64,000 bases of DNA, taken from Acidimicrobiales bacterium. GTDB lineage: Bacteria > Actinomycetota > Acidimicrobiia > Acidimicrobiales > Ilumatobacteraceae. The DNA lies in the NCBI GenBank assembly GCA_030828465.1, contig JAURCL010000006.1, positions 6,355 to 70,354 on the forward strand. Reading direction: 5' to 3'. The notes under the pieces were generated by a model. That model was given only the letters and a program-made list of their open reading frames with translations. It made no database searches and had not been told where the DNA came from. Below are positions 35,151 to 44,027 of this stretch, in pieces. Position 1 is the first letter of the stretch, and each line of letters begins with the position of its first letter. Made by a program: the position numbers and the translations under genes.

Positions 35151-35767
35151 CGGGCCGTGAACCTGACCGTGGTCCCTGGAGGTAGCAACGCTGGCGGTTC
35201 ACCGTCGGCGTCGAACACCACAGCATCCGTGCGGCCGATCAGGCGCCAGCCTCCCGGCGACTCCCCGGGGTACACAGCGCTCCAACCGGCGGCGATCGCC
35301 ACCGACCCGGCAGGCACCCTCGTTCTCGGTGTTGCGAGGCGCGGAACGTGCAACCAGTCAGGGAGACCTGACATGTAGGCGAAGCCGGGCGCGAAACCGC
35401 AGAAGTCGACGATGTGAATCGCGCTTGTGTGACTCTCGATGATCTCGTCGACACCGCGGCCGGTCTCCTCGGCGAGGGCATCGAGGTCCTCGCCGTCGTA
35501 GTCGACCTCGATCTCGACAATGGTGGACGCGCCGTCGAGCAAGCCGCGAGCCCCATCACTCGCGCGTTCGATGACGGCGGTGAGATCACTCGACGCCACC
35601 GGCTCGCTGAAGGTCAGCAGGACCGTTCGAGCCCCGGGCACCACCTCGATCGGTGCCGCCCCGTCCCACAGTTCATGCCGGCGGAGTGCCTCGGCGAGGC
35701 GGCCTGGATGCTGGTCGTCACACTCAACGAGAACCGCCCGGTCGCCGTAGGGAAGCATTGCACGCAT
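35147..35767 (-). CDS. pxpB: 5-oxoprolinase subunit B (KipI/allophanate hydrolase subunit 1 family)
   Basis: MLPYGDRAVLVE..., FCGFAPGFAYMSGLP, TPRTRVPAGSVAIA. The stop overlaps the pxpC start (ATGA). Start is ATG 35767. Confidence 0.8.
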   Translation of the reverse strand: MRAMLPYGDRAVLVECDDQHPGRLAEALRRHELWDGAAPIEVVPGARTVLLTFSEPVASSDLTAVIERASDGARGLLDGASTIVEIEVDYDGEDLDALAEETGRGVDEIIESHTSAIHIVDFCGFAPGFAYMSGLPDWLHVPRLATPRTRVPAGSVAIAAGWSAVYPGESPGGWRLIGRTDAVVFDADGEPPALLPPGTTVRFTAR

Positions 35768-35786
35768 GCTGGGCCGACCGACTCCC

Positions 35787-36545
35787 TCAGCAGAAGGGAT
35801 GGATGCCGACTCCCGCCGATTCAAGCGCACCGCGGAGTCCGCGCGCCAACTCCACCGCGCCCGGCGTGTCTGAATGTACGCAAATCGAGCGAACAGCCGG
35901 TCGCAGTTCGGTGCCATCAACCGCCACGAGGGTTCCTTCCTCGAGCAGCCGGATCATCCGCGCGATCACCGAGTCGGCGTCATGGAGCACGGATCCAGGT
36001 TGCGATCGGGGCAGGAGATGACCATCGGGCGTATAGGAACGATCGGCGAACACTTCCTCGGCCTGTTCCAGTCCGATCCTCTCGGCCTCCATCAGCAACT
36101 GCGATCCGGCGGGACCGAGGATCACCAGCGACGGGTCGTACTCGATCGCGGCCTCTACCACGGCGCGAGCCGAGGCTCGATCGTCCCAACAGGCGTGGTA
36201 CAGCGCGCCGTGTGGCTTGACGTAGGCCACCTCGGTGCCGGCCACTTGAGCGAAGGCGTCAAGCGCCCCGAGCTGATAGAGCACGATGTCCCTGAGCTCC
36301 TCTGCGGGGACCGACATGGCCCGACGCCCGAAGCCGGCAAGGTCGGGGTACGACACCTGGGCACCGATGCGAACAGCCCCGCGTGCCGCAGCGAGGCAGG
36401 TGCGTCGGATCGTGCTCGGATCACCGGCGTGGAATCCGCAGGCGACGTTCGCCGAGGTGACGATCGCGAGCAAGGATTCGTCGTCGCCGAGCGACCAGAC
36501 GCCGTAGCCCTCGCCGAGGTCGGCGTTCAGGTCGACAACTGCCAT
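35787..36545 (-). CDS. pxpA: 5-oxoprolinase subunit A (LamB/YcsF family)
   Basis: VDLNADLGEGYG...SANVACGFHAGDP...VKPHGALY. The ATG at 36545 lies 1 nt after the prcA stop codon. Confidence 0.85.
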   Translation of the reverse strand: MAVVDLNADLGEGYGVWSLGDDESLLAIVTSANVACGFHAGDPSTIRRTCLAAARGAVRIGAQVSYPDLAGFGRRAMSVPAEELRDIVLYQLGALDAFAQVAGTEVAYVKPHGALYHACWDDRASARAVVEAAIEYDPSLVILGPAGSQLLMEAERIGLEQAEEVFADRSYTPDGHLLPRSQPGSVLHDADSVIARMIRLLEEGTLVAVDGTELRPAVRSICVHSDTPGAVELARGLRGALESAGVGIHPFC

Positions 36546-36546
36546 C

Positions 36547-37227
36547 TCAGGCGCCGAGCAGGTTTGAGACCTCGTCGGAAGCGAGGCGGCGGAAGCATCG
36601 GCGATCCTCGCCGCGCTCGAGGGTCGCCACCTCAACTTCGGCCGCGGACAATGTCCGCTCGCCTCCGAGCGCCGATGCACCGAGCGCGACCGCGCCAGCG
36701 AGATCGAGTCCCTCGGCGAAACCCTCCGCCAGCCGGGCGGTGACCGCGTCGGCGTCGCCGCCGAGGGCGCAGGCGTCGTCGTGGTCGACGACGGTGCCGT
36801 CGTACATGATGTGGAAGATCTGGTCGTCACCAACGCCACTTAGGCCCACTTCGGCCACGAGGATCTCCACCTCCATCGGCTTCATACCGTGGGTGAATGA
36901 GTTGCCGAGGAGCTGGGCGTAGTCGTTGGCGAGTGTCCGCGCGTCCACGTCGTCGCGCGAGTACTGGTAGCCCGTGAGCTCCGCCTGTCGGATGCCGGCC
37001 ACCCGGAGTTGATCGAACTCGTTGTACTTGCCGACGCCCGCGAAAGCGATCCGGTCGTAAATCTCGCTGACCTTGCGCAATGACTGGGAGGCGTTCTCGG
37101 CCACGATTACGACACCTCCGGAGTGCCGCAGAGCAACCAGTCCACGACCACGGGCGATTCCCTTCCTCGCGAAGTCCGCGCGGTCCTTCATCGCCTGTTC
37201 AGGCGCGACGTAGTACGGCATGCTCAT
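36547..37227 (-). CDS. prcA: proteasome alpha subunit
   Basis: MSMPYYVAPEQAMKDRADFARKGIARGR, matching the remembered mycobacterial PrcA N-terminus. The ATG overlaps the prcB stop (ATGA 37224-37227). Confidence 0.95.
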   Translation of the reverse strand: MSMPYYVAPEQAMKDRADFARKGIARGRGLVALRHSGGVVIVAENASQSLRKVSEIYDRIAFAGVGKYNEFDQLRVAGIRQAELTGYQYSRDDVDARTLANDYAQLLGNSFTHGMKPMEVEILVAEVGLSGVGDDQIFHIMYDGTVVDHDDACALGGDADAVTARLAEGFAEGLDLAGAVALGASALGGERTLSAAEVEVATLERGEDRRCFRRLASDEVSNLLGA

Positions 37228-38012
37228 GACGACGACTCCCTCGCGCTCGCGACGATCCCGTTGAACACGGTCTCGAGTTCGCTGTCGGTCACGCGGTTCC
37301 AGCCCTCGCCGTCGATCACGGCGACGATCGGGAAGATGCCGCGCACCATGTCGGGCCCTCCGGTAGCCGAGTCGGCCTCGGCGGCCTCCCAAAGGGAGCG
37401 GCAGATCAGTGCGACCGCCGCGTCGCGGTCGAGGCGGGTCCGGAACCCCATCTTCATCACGGTTCCCGCGTGGAGGCTGCCCGAGCCGGTCGCCACATGG
37501 TCGCGTTCCTCATATCGGCCGCCGAGGAGGTCGTAGTCCCACAGTCGTCCCGTCTCACGGCGCTGGTCGTAACCAGCGAAGATCGGCACGACGCCCATTC
37601 CCTGCATCGCCCCAGGGAGGTTCGAGCGCACGAGGGACGACAATTGGTTCGCCTTGCCCTCCAGGCTGAGAGCGGTCCCCTGGACCTTCTCGTAGTACTC
37701 GAGTTGCACCTGGAAAAGCTTGATCATCTCAACCGCTGGACCCGCGGCCCCGGCGATGGCGACGCCGCTGTGGGAGTCGGCCTGCACGACCTTCTCCATC
37801 GAGCGGTGAGAGATGAGATGACCCGAGGTGGCCCGCCGGTCTCCCCCCATGACCACTCCTCCGTCGAAGCGGAGGGCGACGCAGGTGGTGGCGTGAGGAA
37901 TGTCCTCGGGTCGGAGGCCAACAGCGGACGGCTGGGCGACCCCGGTTCGACTCAGAAGTCTCGCGAAGTCGGTACCTGGGTCGTCACCAGATTCGAAGAC
38001 GGGCAGCGCCAT
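37224..38012 (-). CDS. prcB: proteasome beta subunit (with propeptide; predicted mature N-terminus Thr42)
   Basis: ...DIPHA|TTCVALRFDGGVVMGGDRRATSG. Ntn-hydrolase TT motif; 262 aa. Confidence 0.95.
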   Translation of the reverse strand: MALPVFESGDDPGTDFARLLSRTGVAQPSAVGLRPEDIPHATTCVALRFDGGVVMGGDRRATSGHLISHRSMEKVVQADSHSGVAIAGAAGPAVEMIKLFQVQLEYYEKVQGTALSLEGKANQLSSLVRSNLPGAMQGMGVVPIFAGYDQRRETGRLWDYDLLGGRYEERDHVATGSGSLHAGTVMKMGFRTRLDRDAAVALICRSLWEAAEADSATGGPDMVRGIFPIVAVIDGEGWNRVTDSELETVFNGIVASARESSS

Positions 38013-38013
38013 C

Positions 38014-38211
38014 TCACTGCCCGCCTTTTTGGACGTAGGACTTCACGAACTCCTCGGCGTTCGACTCGAGGACCTCGTCGATCTCATCAAGGAGATCGTC
38101 GAGTTCGGCTTTCAGGCGTGTGCCGTCCTCGGAGCGAGCTGGCACCCCCTCGTCGACCTCGGACGTCTCGTCATCACGTCGTTGGGGCTCACGGTGTGTT
38201 CGCTCGGCCAT
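38014..38211 (-). CDS. pup: prokaryotic ubiquitin-like protein Pup (C-terminal GGQ)
   Basis: 65 aa, acidic and disordered. Helix-forming LKAELDDLLDEIDEVLESNAEEFVKSYVQKGGQ. Positioned between dop and prcB. Confidence 0.95.
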   Translation of the reverse strand: MAERTHREPQRRDDETSEVDEGVPARSEDGTRLKAELDDLLDEIDEVLESNAEEFVKSYVQKGGQ

Positions 38212-38255
38212 CTCGTCGTCTCCTCGGCTCGGAACCGGACGGACCCCGTCGGCGC

Positions 38256-39749
38256 TCAGGAACCGAGACGCTCGAGGAGCTCGCTGACGGTTGAACTCTC
38301 GTCGATCACGTTAGCGACGAGGTCGGCGGTCCCGCGCAACGGTTCGGACATCTGGACGCGGCGGAGGGGGTCGTGACCGAGGTCGAAAACCATCGAATCC
38401 CAGTTGGCCGCTACGACGCGATCCCCAAACTTGCCGAGGCACCTCCCACGGAAGTAGGCGCGGGTATCCGAGGGTGGCTCGTCGACCGCGCGCGCCACCT
38501 CGGCCTCATCCAGGATCTGCTCGAGTCCGACCCGGTCCGCCAGACAGCGATCGGGACGAAGATCGTGGTACTGAAGGTCGATCGCTCGCATCCGGGGAGC
38601 GCCCTCCGCGATGGAGTGGCGGGCGCCGTATGCGTCGAGGAGGCGAGCTTTCGCGACCCAGTCGACCCATCGCGCAGCCCGTCCGTCACCACTGCGAAGC
38701 GAGGACAGCACGTCGGTCCAGCGGTCGAGAACCTCCCGACCAACCTCGGGACCGACCGATTCGAGTCCGAACCGATCAGCCCAGGCGCGCGCCTGCTCAA
38801 GGAGCGCCTCCTGGATGTCGAGTGCAGTGAATCGGCGCCCGTCGTCGAGCAGGATCGTCGCTCGAAGGGTCGGGTCATGGCTGATCTGGCGGACCGCTGT
38901 CACCGGATTCGCCGGCAAGAGGTCATCGCTGAGCGCGCCATCCTCGATCATGGCGAGGAGGATCGACGTTGTGCCCACCTTTAACAGCGTGGAGACCTGC
39001 GACATGTTGGCATCGCCACAGATGACGTGCAGGCGCCGGTACACGAGCGGATCCGCGTGTGGTTCATCTCGGGTGTTAACGATCGGACGCCGGATCGTCG
39101 TCTCGAGGCCCACCTGCTCCTCGAAAAAATCGGCCCGCTGTGAGAGCTGGAACGGCACGGCGTCGGGAGACTGCCCAGGGAACTCCGAGCCGACCTTTCC
39201 CGCTCCGCAGATCGCCTGACGGCTGACGAAGTGGGCGAGAACGCCGTTGACCAGCCGTCCGAACGGGATCGCGCGGTCCACGAGGTAGTTCTCATGGCAT
39301 CCGTAGGAGTTGCCCTTCCCGTCGGAGTTGTTCTTGTGGATCACGATCTCGGCACCTGTCGGGAGATGTCCGAGCGCCATCTCCACCGAGCGCCTGACGA
39401 TGCGCTCCCCCGCGACGTCCCAGAGCACCGCGTCGCGAGCGGTGCGCACCTCCGGTGTCGACAACTCAGGATGGGCGTGGTCGACGTAATACCTCGCGCC
39501 GTTTCGCAGGACGGTATTCACTAGGCGCGATTCGAGTTCCGGATCAAGTCCCCCATCGAGGGCCGGAGGCTCGGGGTCGCGGGCGTCCGAGCTCGGGCGC
39601 TCGTGCTCGTAATCCCAGCCGGGTCGCGGACCGAGACGATCCGCGTAAGCGTTCACCAACAGCGACGATGCGGCCACCGGGTCGTTCTCGGCTCCTCTTA
39701 CGAAGATGCCGTACTCGGTCTCTATCCCACAGACCTTGGGGAGCGCCAC
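38256..39749 (-). CDS. dop: Pup deamidase/depupylase Dop
   Basis: [22 protein letters not shown], and a PafA paralogue with the Dop-type insertion; 497 aa. Confidence 0.95.
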   Translation of the reverse strand: MALPKVCGIETEYGIFVRGAENDPVAASSLLVNAYADRLGPRPGWDYEHERPSSDARDPEPPALDGGLDPELESRLVNTVLRNGARYYVDHAHPELSTPEVRTARDAVLWDVAGERIVRRSVEMALGHLPTGAEIVIHKNNSDGKGNSYGCHENYLVDRAIPFGRLVNGVLAHFVSRQAICGAGKVGSEFPGQSPDAVPFQLSQRADFFEEQVGLETTIRRPIVNTRDEPHADPLVYRRLHVICGDANMSQVSTLLKVGTTSILLAMIEDGALSDDLLPANPVTAVRQISHDPTLRATILLDDGRRFTALDIQEALLEQARAWADRFGLESVGPEVGREVLDRWTDVLSSLRSGDGRAARWVDWVAKARLLDAYGARHSIAEGAPRMRAIDLQYHDLRPDRCLADRVGLEQILDEAEVARAVDEPPSDTRAYFRGRCLGKFGDRVVAANWDSMVFDLGHDPLRRVQMSEPLRGTADLVANVIDESSTVSELLERLGS

Positions 39750-39757
39750 GGGTCGAC

Positions 39758-41431
39758 CTACAGGTACTGGCCGGTGGACGACCGCTCGATCGCCCGACCA
39801 CCAGACCCCGATCGCTGATCGTCGTTCATGAGCGTTCTGATGAACGTGATCCGCTCACCCTTGCGCCCGGAGATCTTCGCCCAGTCATCCGGATTCGTCG
39901 TGTTCGGGAGGTCCTCGTGCTCCTTGAACTCTTGGCGGATCGACGAAAGAAGATCCTCGAGCGCCACACCCCGCTCACCACCGGCGATCACCCGCTTGAT
40001 CGCGGACTTCTTCGCGCGTCTCACGATGTTCTCGATCATGGCCCCCGAGGCGAAGTCCTTGAAGTGGAGTTCCTCCCGATCACCGTTCTGATAGGTGACC
40101 TCGAGGAATCGGTTCTCGGGAAGGTCGGCGTACATCGCGTCCACGGTTGAGGCGATGAGATCGGGAACCGAAGCGCCGGAAGCGATCGGGATCTCATCGG
40201 TCAGGTATCGCGCGAAGATCTCGGCAGCCGCTCGCGCATCCGGGCGCTCGATCTTGATCTTCACGTCGAGCCGACCGGGTCGAAGGATCGCCGGATCAAT
40301 CAGGTCCTCGCGATTTGTCGCGCCGATCACGATGACGTTGCGTAGACCCTCAACACCATCGATCTCCGCCAACAACTGAGGGACGATGGTGGACTCCATA
40401 TCGGAGGAGATGCCCGTTCCGCGGGTCCGGAACATTGAGTCCATCTCGTCGAAGAAAACGATGACCGGCCAGCCCTCCTCGCTCTTCTCTCGGGCTCGCT
40501 GGAAGATCAGGCGGATCTGGCGTTCGGTTTCGCCGACGTACTTGTTGAGGAGTTCGGGGCCCTTGATGTTGATGAAGTAACTGCGGCCCTTGCCCTCGCC
40601 AATCTGAGCGGCCACTTTGCGCGCGAGGCTGTTGGCGACTGCCTTGGCGATCAGCGTCTTACCGCAGCCTGGCGGGCCGTAGAGGAGGATGCCCTTGGGC
40701 GCGGGAAGACGGTGCTCGGCGAACAGTTCCTGATGCAGGAACGGAAGCTCGACGGCGTCGGCGATCGCCTCGATCTGGGTGCCGAGCCCGCCGATGTCGT
40801 CGTATCCGACATCGGGGATCTCCTCCAGCAGGAGCTCATCGACCTCGGGCCGCGGGAGCACCTCGAGGACGACGGAGGCCCTCGGATCGATACGAACGCG
40901 ATCACCCAGCCGCAGCCTTGTCCCCCTCAGGGAGCCGGCGAGCTCGCACACCCGCTCCTCGTCACCTCGGCCGGTGACGACCACGCGGATTCCGTCGTCG
41001 AGCAGGTGCTGCAGGGTGGCGACCTCACCGACGGGATCGGAGCGGCGGTGACCGATCACGGCCGACGAGTCGTTGAGGTACACCTCGTCACCGGGCTCGA
41101 TGTCGTCAATCTCGAGCGTGGGGTCGACCTCTACGCGCATCTTGCGGCCCATCGAGTGGATGTCGAGCGTGCCGTCGTCGTTCCGAGTGGCCACCACCCC
41201 ATAGGGGCTCGGTGGCCGGGTCAACTTGTCGACCTCGTCGCGGAGGGCCGCGATGTGCTCGCGTGACTCGCGCAGGGTGTACGAGAGCTTCTCGTTCTGA
41301 GCGGTCGCCGCAGCGAGGCGACCCTTGGCTTCGAGGAGGCGATCCTCGAGCACCCGGAGGCGCTGGACTTCAGGATTCGGCGCGCCGTTGGCGGCGGCGT
41401 CGGACGACTCATCGCGTTCTTGGTTCACCAC
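39758..41431 (-). CDS. arc: proteasome-associated AAA ATPase ARC/Mpa
   Basis: N-terminal coiled coil, OB domains, Walker [14 protein letters not shown], Walker [10 protein letters not shown], and the C-terminal ...TGQYL proteasome-docking motif. Confidence 0.95.
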   Translation of the reverse strand: MVNQERDESSDAAANGAPNPEVQRLRVLEDRLLEAKGRLAAATAQNEKLSYTLRESREHIAALRDEVDKLTRPPSPYGVVATRNDDGTLDIHSMGRKMRVEVDPTLEIDDIEPGDEVYLNDSSAVIGHRRSDPVGEVATLQHLLDDGIRVVVTGRGDEERVCELAGSLRGTRLRLGDRVRIDPRASVVLEVLPRPEVDELLLEEIPDVGYDDIGGLGTQIEAIADAVELPFLHQELFAEHRLPAPKGILLYGPPGCGKTLIAKAVANSLARKVAAQIGEGKGRSYFINIKGPELLNKYVGETERQIRLIFQRAREKSEEGWPVIVFFDEMDSMFRTRGTGISSDMESTIVPQLLAEIDGVEGLRNVIVIGATNREDLIDPAILRPGRLDVKIKIERPDARAAAEIFARYLTDEIPIASGASVPDLIASTVDAMYADLPENRFLEVTYQNGDREELHFKDFASGAMIENIVRRAKKSAIKRVIAGGERGVALEDLLSSIRQEFKEHEDLPNTTNPDDWAKISGRKGERITFIRTLMNDDQRSGSGGRAIERSSTGQYL

Positions 41432-41556
41432 GCACCTCCGCCCGCGACCCTACACCGGCTCCTGTCACGAGTCCCACGGAGCATCCTGCGTCTGAGCGGA
41501 GGGTCCGTTAGGATGCGGGGGCCAGTTATCGGACCCCCACAAGGAGCCCCAACGAC

Positions 41557-41802
41557 ATGAAGGTCTGGATCGATCAGGATCTGTGCACGGGAGACGGCCT
41601 CTGCGAAGAGATCGCCCCTGACGTCTTCACCCTCCTCGACGATGGCCTCGCCTATGTGAAGGAAGGCGACAAGATCTTCGCGACGGCGAAGGGCAACCCG
41701 CAGGGCGCCGACGGTCTCGCTGAGATCCCGGAGGGCCAGCTCGACGGGGTCATCGAGTCCGCCGAAGAATGCCCCGGCGAGTGCATCTTCATCGAGCCCT
41801 GA
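41557..41802 (+). CDS. fdx: small single-cluster ferredoxin
   Basis: KVWIDQDLCTGDGLCEEIAPDVF...ECPGECIFIE. AAGGAG SD upstream; 81 aa. Confidence 0.85.
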   Translation: MKVWIDQDLCTGDGLCEEIAPDVFTLLDDGLAYVKEGDKIFATAKGNPQGADGLAEIPEGQLDGVIESAEECPGECIFIEP

Positions 41803-41816
41803 TCGATCGCTGGCTC

Positions 41817-42629
41817 TCAGCCGTCGCGAGCGATTCGCTCATCTGATCGGCCGAGAAAACGCGCCACCGTCAAGAAGCCGGTGTGCGCGACCATCCGATG
41901 GTCGGGACGCACCGCTTGCCCTTCGACGTGCCATCCGCGATGGAGCACCTCGATGGTGCGATTCTCGATCCACCGTCCGCGTAGCGCCTCGCGCGTCTGC
42001 GAGGCCTGCATGATCGACGGTGTGTAGGCCAGCAGGATTCCCCCAGGTCGCAGCACCCGCTCGGCATGAGGAACGACCTGCCACGGCTCCGGAAGGTCGA
42101 GAACGATTCGGTCGAACGGTCCGAGATCGACGTCGATGCCGGCGTAGGAATCAGCGATGCTCACGTGATAACGATCGAGTGAGTCCTCGCCGAGGAACGA
42201 GCGGACGTTCGTCCTCGCGCGGTTAGCGAAGTCCTCTCGGACCTCGAAGCCAACGATCTCCGCACCGGCTCGGAGCATCGCGGTCGACAAGGCCCCCGAG
42301 CCAAGCCCGCTCTCGAAGACGCGCATTCCCGGGCCGATATCGGCGAGCATCAGAATCGGAGCGAGATCCTTCGGGTAGATCACCTGCGCTCCGCGGGGCA
42401 TCTCGAGCACAAAATCCTCAAGCGTCGGTCGGAGCACCGTGTACTCCGCCGCCTTGGTGCTGACGACCGTCACTCCCTCAGCGCGACCGATGATCTCGGA
42501 GTGGGGGACGAAACCCGCGTGGCTGTGGAACTCACCGCCGTCGCGTAGTTCGACCAGATAGCGCCGTCGTTTCGCGTCGAGCAGCAGGACTCGGTCGCCG
42601 ATGGCAAAGACCCGTTGCGTCGCGGACAT
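41817..42629 (-). CDS. trmI: tRNA (adenine58-N1)-methyltransferase TrmI (GCD14 family)
   Basis: GDRVLLLD...HSHAGFV.H..IIG, VIYPKD, VFESGLGSGALSTAML. The ATG at 42629 lies 2 nt after the upstream stop. This is the Rv2118c position next to arc. Confidence 0.85.
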   Translation of the reverse strand: MSATQRVFAIGDRVLLLDAKRRRYLVELRDGGEFHSHAGFVPHSEIIGRAEGVTVVSTKAAEYTVLRPTLEDFVLEMPRGAQVIYPKDLAPILMLADIGPGMRVFESGLGSGALSTAMLRAGAEIVGFEVREDFANRARTNVRSFLGEDSLDRYHVSIADSYAGIDVDLGPFDRIVLDLPEPWQVVPHAERVLRPGGILLAYTPSIMQASQTREALRGRWIENRTIEVLHRGWHVEGQAVRPDHRMVAHTGFLTVARFLGRSDERIARDG

Positions 42630-42631
42630 GC

Positions 42632-43615
42632 TCACTCCCCTCCCCACTGCGCGTCGAAGGCTCGACGCGCGGTCCGATTCAACACCATGCGAACGGCCAC
42701 CGGCTCATGGGAAGAGGAGGTGGACTCGAGGCGACAAAACGCACAGGGCGTTTCCGAGCTCGATGATGGCGCGCCGCATGACGGGCACGCCTCAGGTGCA
42801 CCTTGGCTCTGTGGTGCGGACCTGATGAGCGGAGCCATTCGATCGAGGAAGCCGAGGTAGAAGGACGCCTTCGTGCCGGGAGAGCGCTCATCCATATCGT
42901 TCAACGTCTCCTTGTAGCCGGAGTGCCGATTGCCAATCGCCATCGGACACTCCTCGACCACGTAGTCGATTCCACGAATGACGCACCAGGCAGCCATCTC
43001 CCGTTCCGTTAGTCGAATCAACGGTTTGACCTTCCGGGGGAATCCGTGGCCCGCCTCGAGCACGGGAAACTGACGGGCGAGGTAGTCGACATCCCACCGA
43101 ATGGTGTTACCGAGCAGCACCGCCGCCTCGTCATCGAGGTTGTGACCTGTTGCGAGGACGTCATAGCCGAGGCGCGCGGTCTCGCGGTCGAAAATGTGGC
43201 GCTTCGAAAGCCCGCAGGCCGAGCAGGGCACCCGTCGAGTAGCGCGGGCGGCGGTCGGGATGTCGAAGCCGTGGTCGGAGCGAAGGTCAACCGTGTGGAG
43301 CGTCAAGCCCCGTTCCGCCGCGAACTCGCACGTGATCCGTTGGCTCTCCTCGCTGTACTCGCCGATTCCGAGCCCGATGTAGAGCCCGTCCGCTCGATAG
43401 CCGAGCTCGGTCAGCATGTCCCAGAGCGCCAGGGAATCCTTGCCGCCGCTGACCGCCACCAGAATCCGAGCGGACTCATCGAACATCGCGTAGTCGGAGA
43501 TAGCGCGTTGCACCTGTCGAACGCAGAGTTGCTGCAGATGAGTGGCGCAAAAGTTCGCGTTGTGCCGTGGAAGGTCGACGACCGCCGCCTCACCGCATGA
43601 TCGACACTTCGACAC
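42632..43615 (-). CDS. ttuA: TtuA-type PP-loop tRNA 2-thiolation ATPase (N- and C-terminal zinc fingers)
   Basis: CRSCGE...FCATH zinc finger, PP-loop AVSGGKDS, CSACG and EECP cluster-type cysteines, LATGHNLDDE, and a C-terminal CPSCG...CAFC finger. The GTG start immediately follows the ttuB stop. Confidence 0.8.
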   Translation of the reverse strand: MSKCRSCGEAAVVDLPRHNANFCATHLQQLCVRQVQRAISDYAMFDESARILVAVSGGKDSLALWDMLTELGYRADGLYIGLGIGEYSEESQRITCEFAAERGLTLHTVDLRSDHGFDIPTAARATRRVPCSACGLSKRHIFDRETARLGYDVLATGHNLDDEAAVLLGNTIRWDVDYLARQFPVLEAGHGFPRKVKPLIRLTEREMAAWCVIRGIDYVVEECPMAIGNRHSGYKETLNDMDERSPGTKASFYLGFLDRMAPLIRSAPQSQGAPEACPSCGAPSSSSETPCAFCRLESTSSSHEPVAVRMVLNRTARRAFDAQWGGE

Positions 43616-43810
43616 TCAGCCCCCTGAGATCACGGGTCGGATCTCAATCACGTCGCCGTCGTCGAGCATCGTGTCGGAGGGCACGAGCGTTCCGTTGCGG
43701 ATGATGAGATGTCCCTCGCGGCTGAGACCAAGATCGTGGAGCACGGCATGCGCGGCTCTCCCGCCAGCCATCTCCACCTCGCGCCTCGGCTGGCGCAGGC
43801 GCACGATCAC
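43616..43810 (-). CDS. ttuB: ThiS/MoaD/TtuB-type ubiquitin-like sulfur carrier ending in Gly-Gly (64 aa)
   Basis: ...LIIRNGTLVPSDTMLDDGDVIEIRPVISGG-stop. The GTG at 43810 is preceded by GGAGACGG. The longer 110-aa ORF N-terminus looks non-coding. Confidence 0.65.
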   Translation of the reverse strand: MIVRLRQPRREVEMAGGRAAHAVLHDLGLSREGHLIIRNGTLVPSDTMLDDGDVIEIRPVISGG

Positions 43811-44027
43811 GCGGGCCGTCTCCGCGAGGTCCGAATATCGAGACCCTGACCTCGCCTGAGCCGCTGCACCGTCACCTTCTCGGGACGACGGCGTACCGCT
43901 CGAGTTACGGACCGAACGCACACGACCGACCACCCGATGAAGCGCCAACCGGGTTCCGCGCGGACGACACCGCGTCGAACAGCGGTCCTCGCGAGCGATG
44001 TCGGCGATGGAAGGCCCACGACGCGAC

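Noticed and set aside
34071-35378. 435-aa plus-strand ORF antisense to pafA/pxpC/pxpB
   Set aside because: It crosses three well-supported minus-strand genes. Shadow ORF.
35874-36743. 289-aa plus-strand ORF antisense to pxpA/prcA
   Set aside because: Same reasoning: the opposite strand has LamB/YcsF and proteasome alpha motifs.
43811-43948. N-terminal 46 aa of the 110-aa ORF containing the TtuB-like protein
   Set aside because: It is Arg/Ser/Gly-rich with no fold-like pattern. ThiS/TtuB proteins are ~65 aa, and a GTG with an upstream GGAG sits at 43810.
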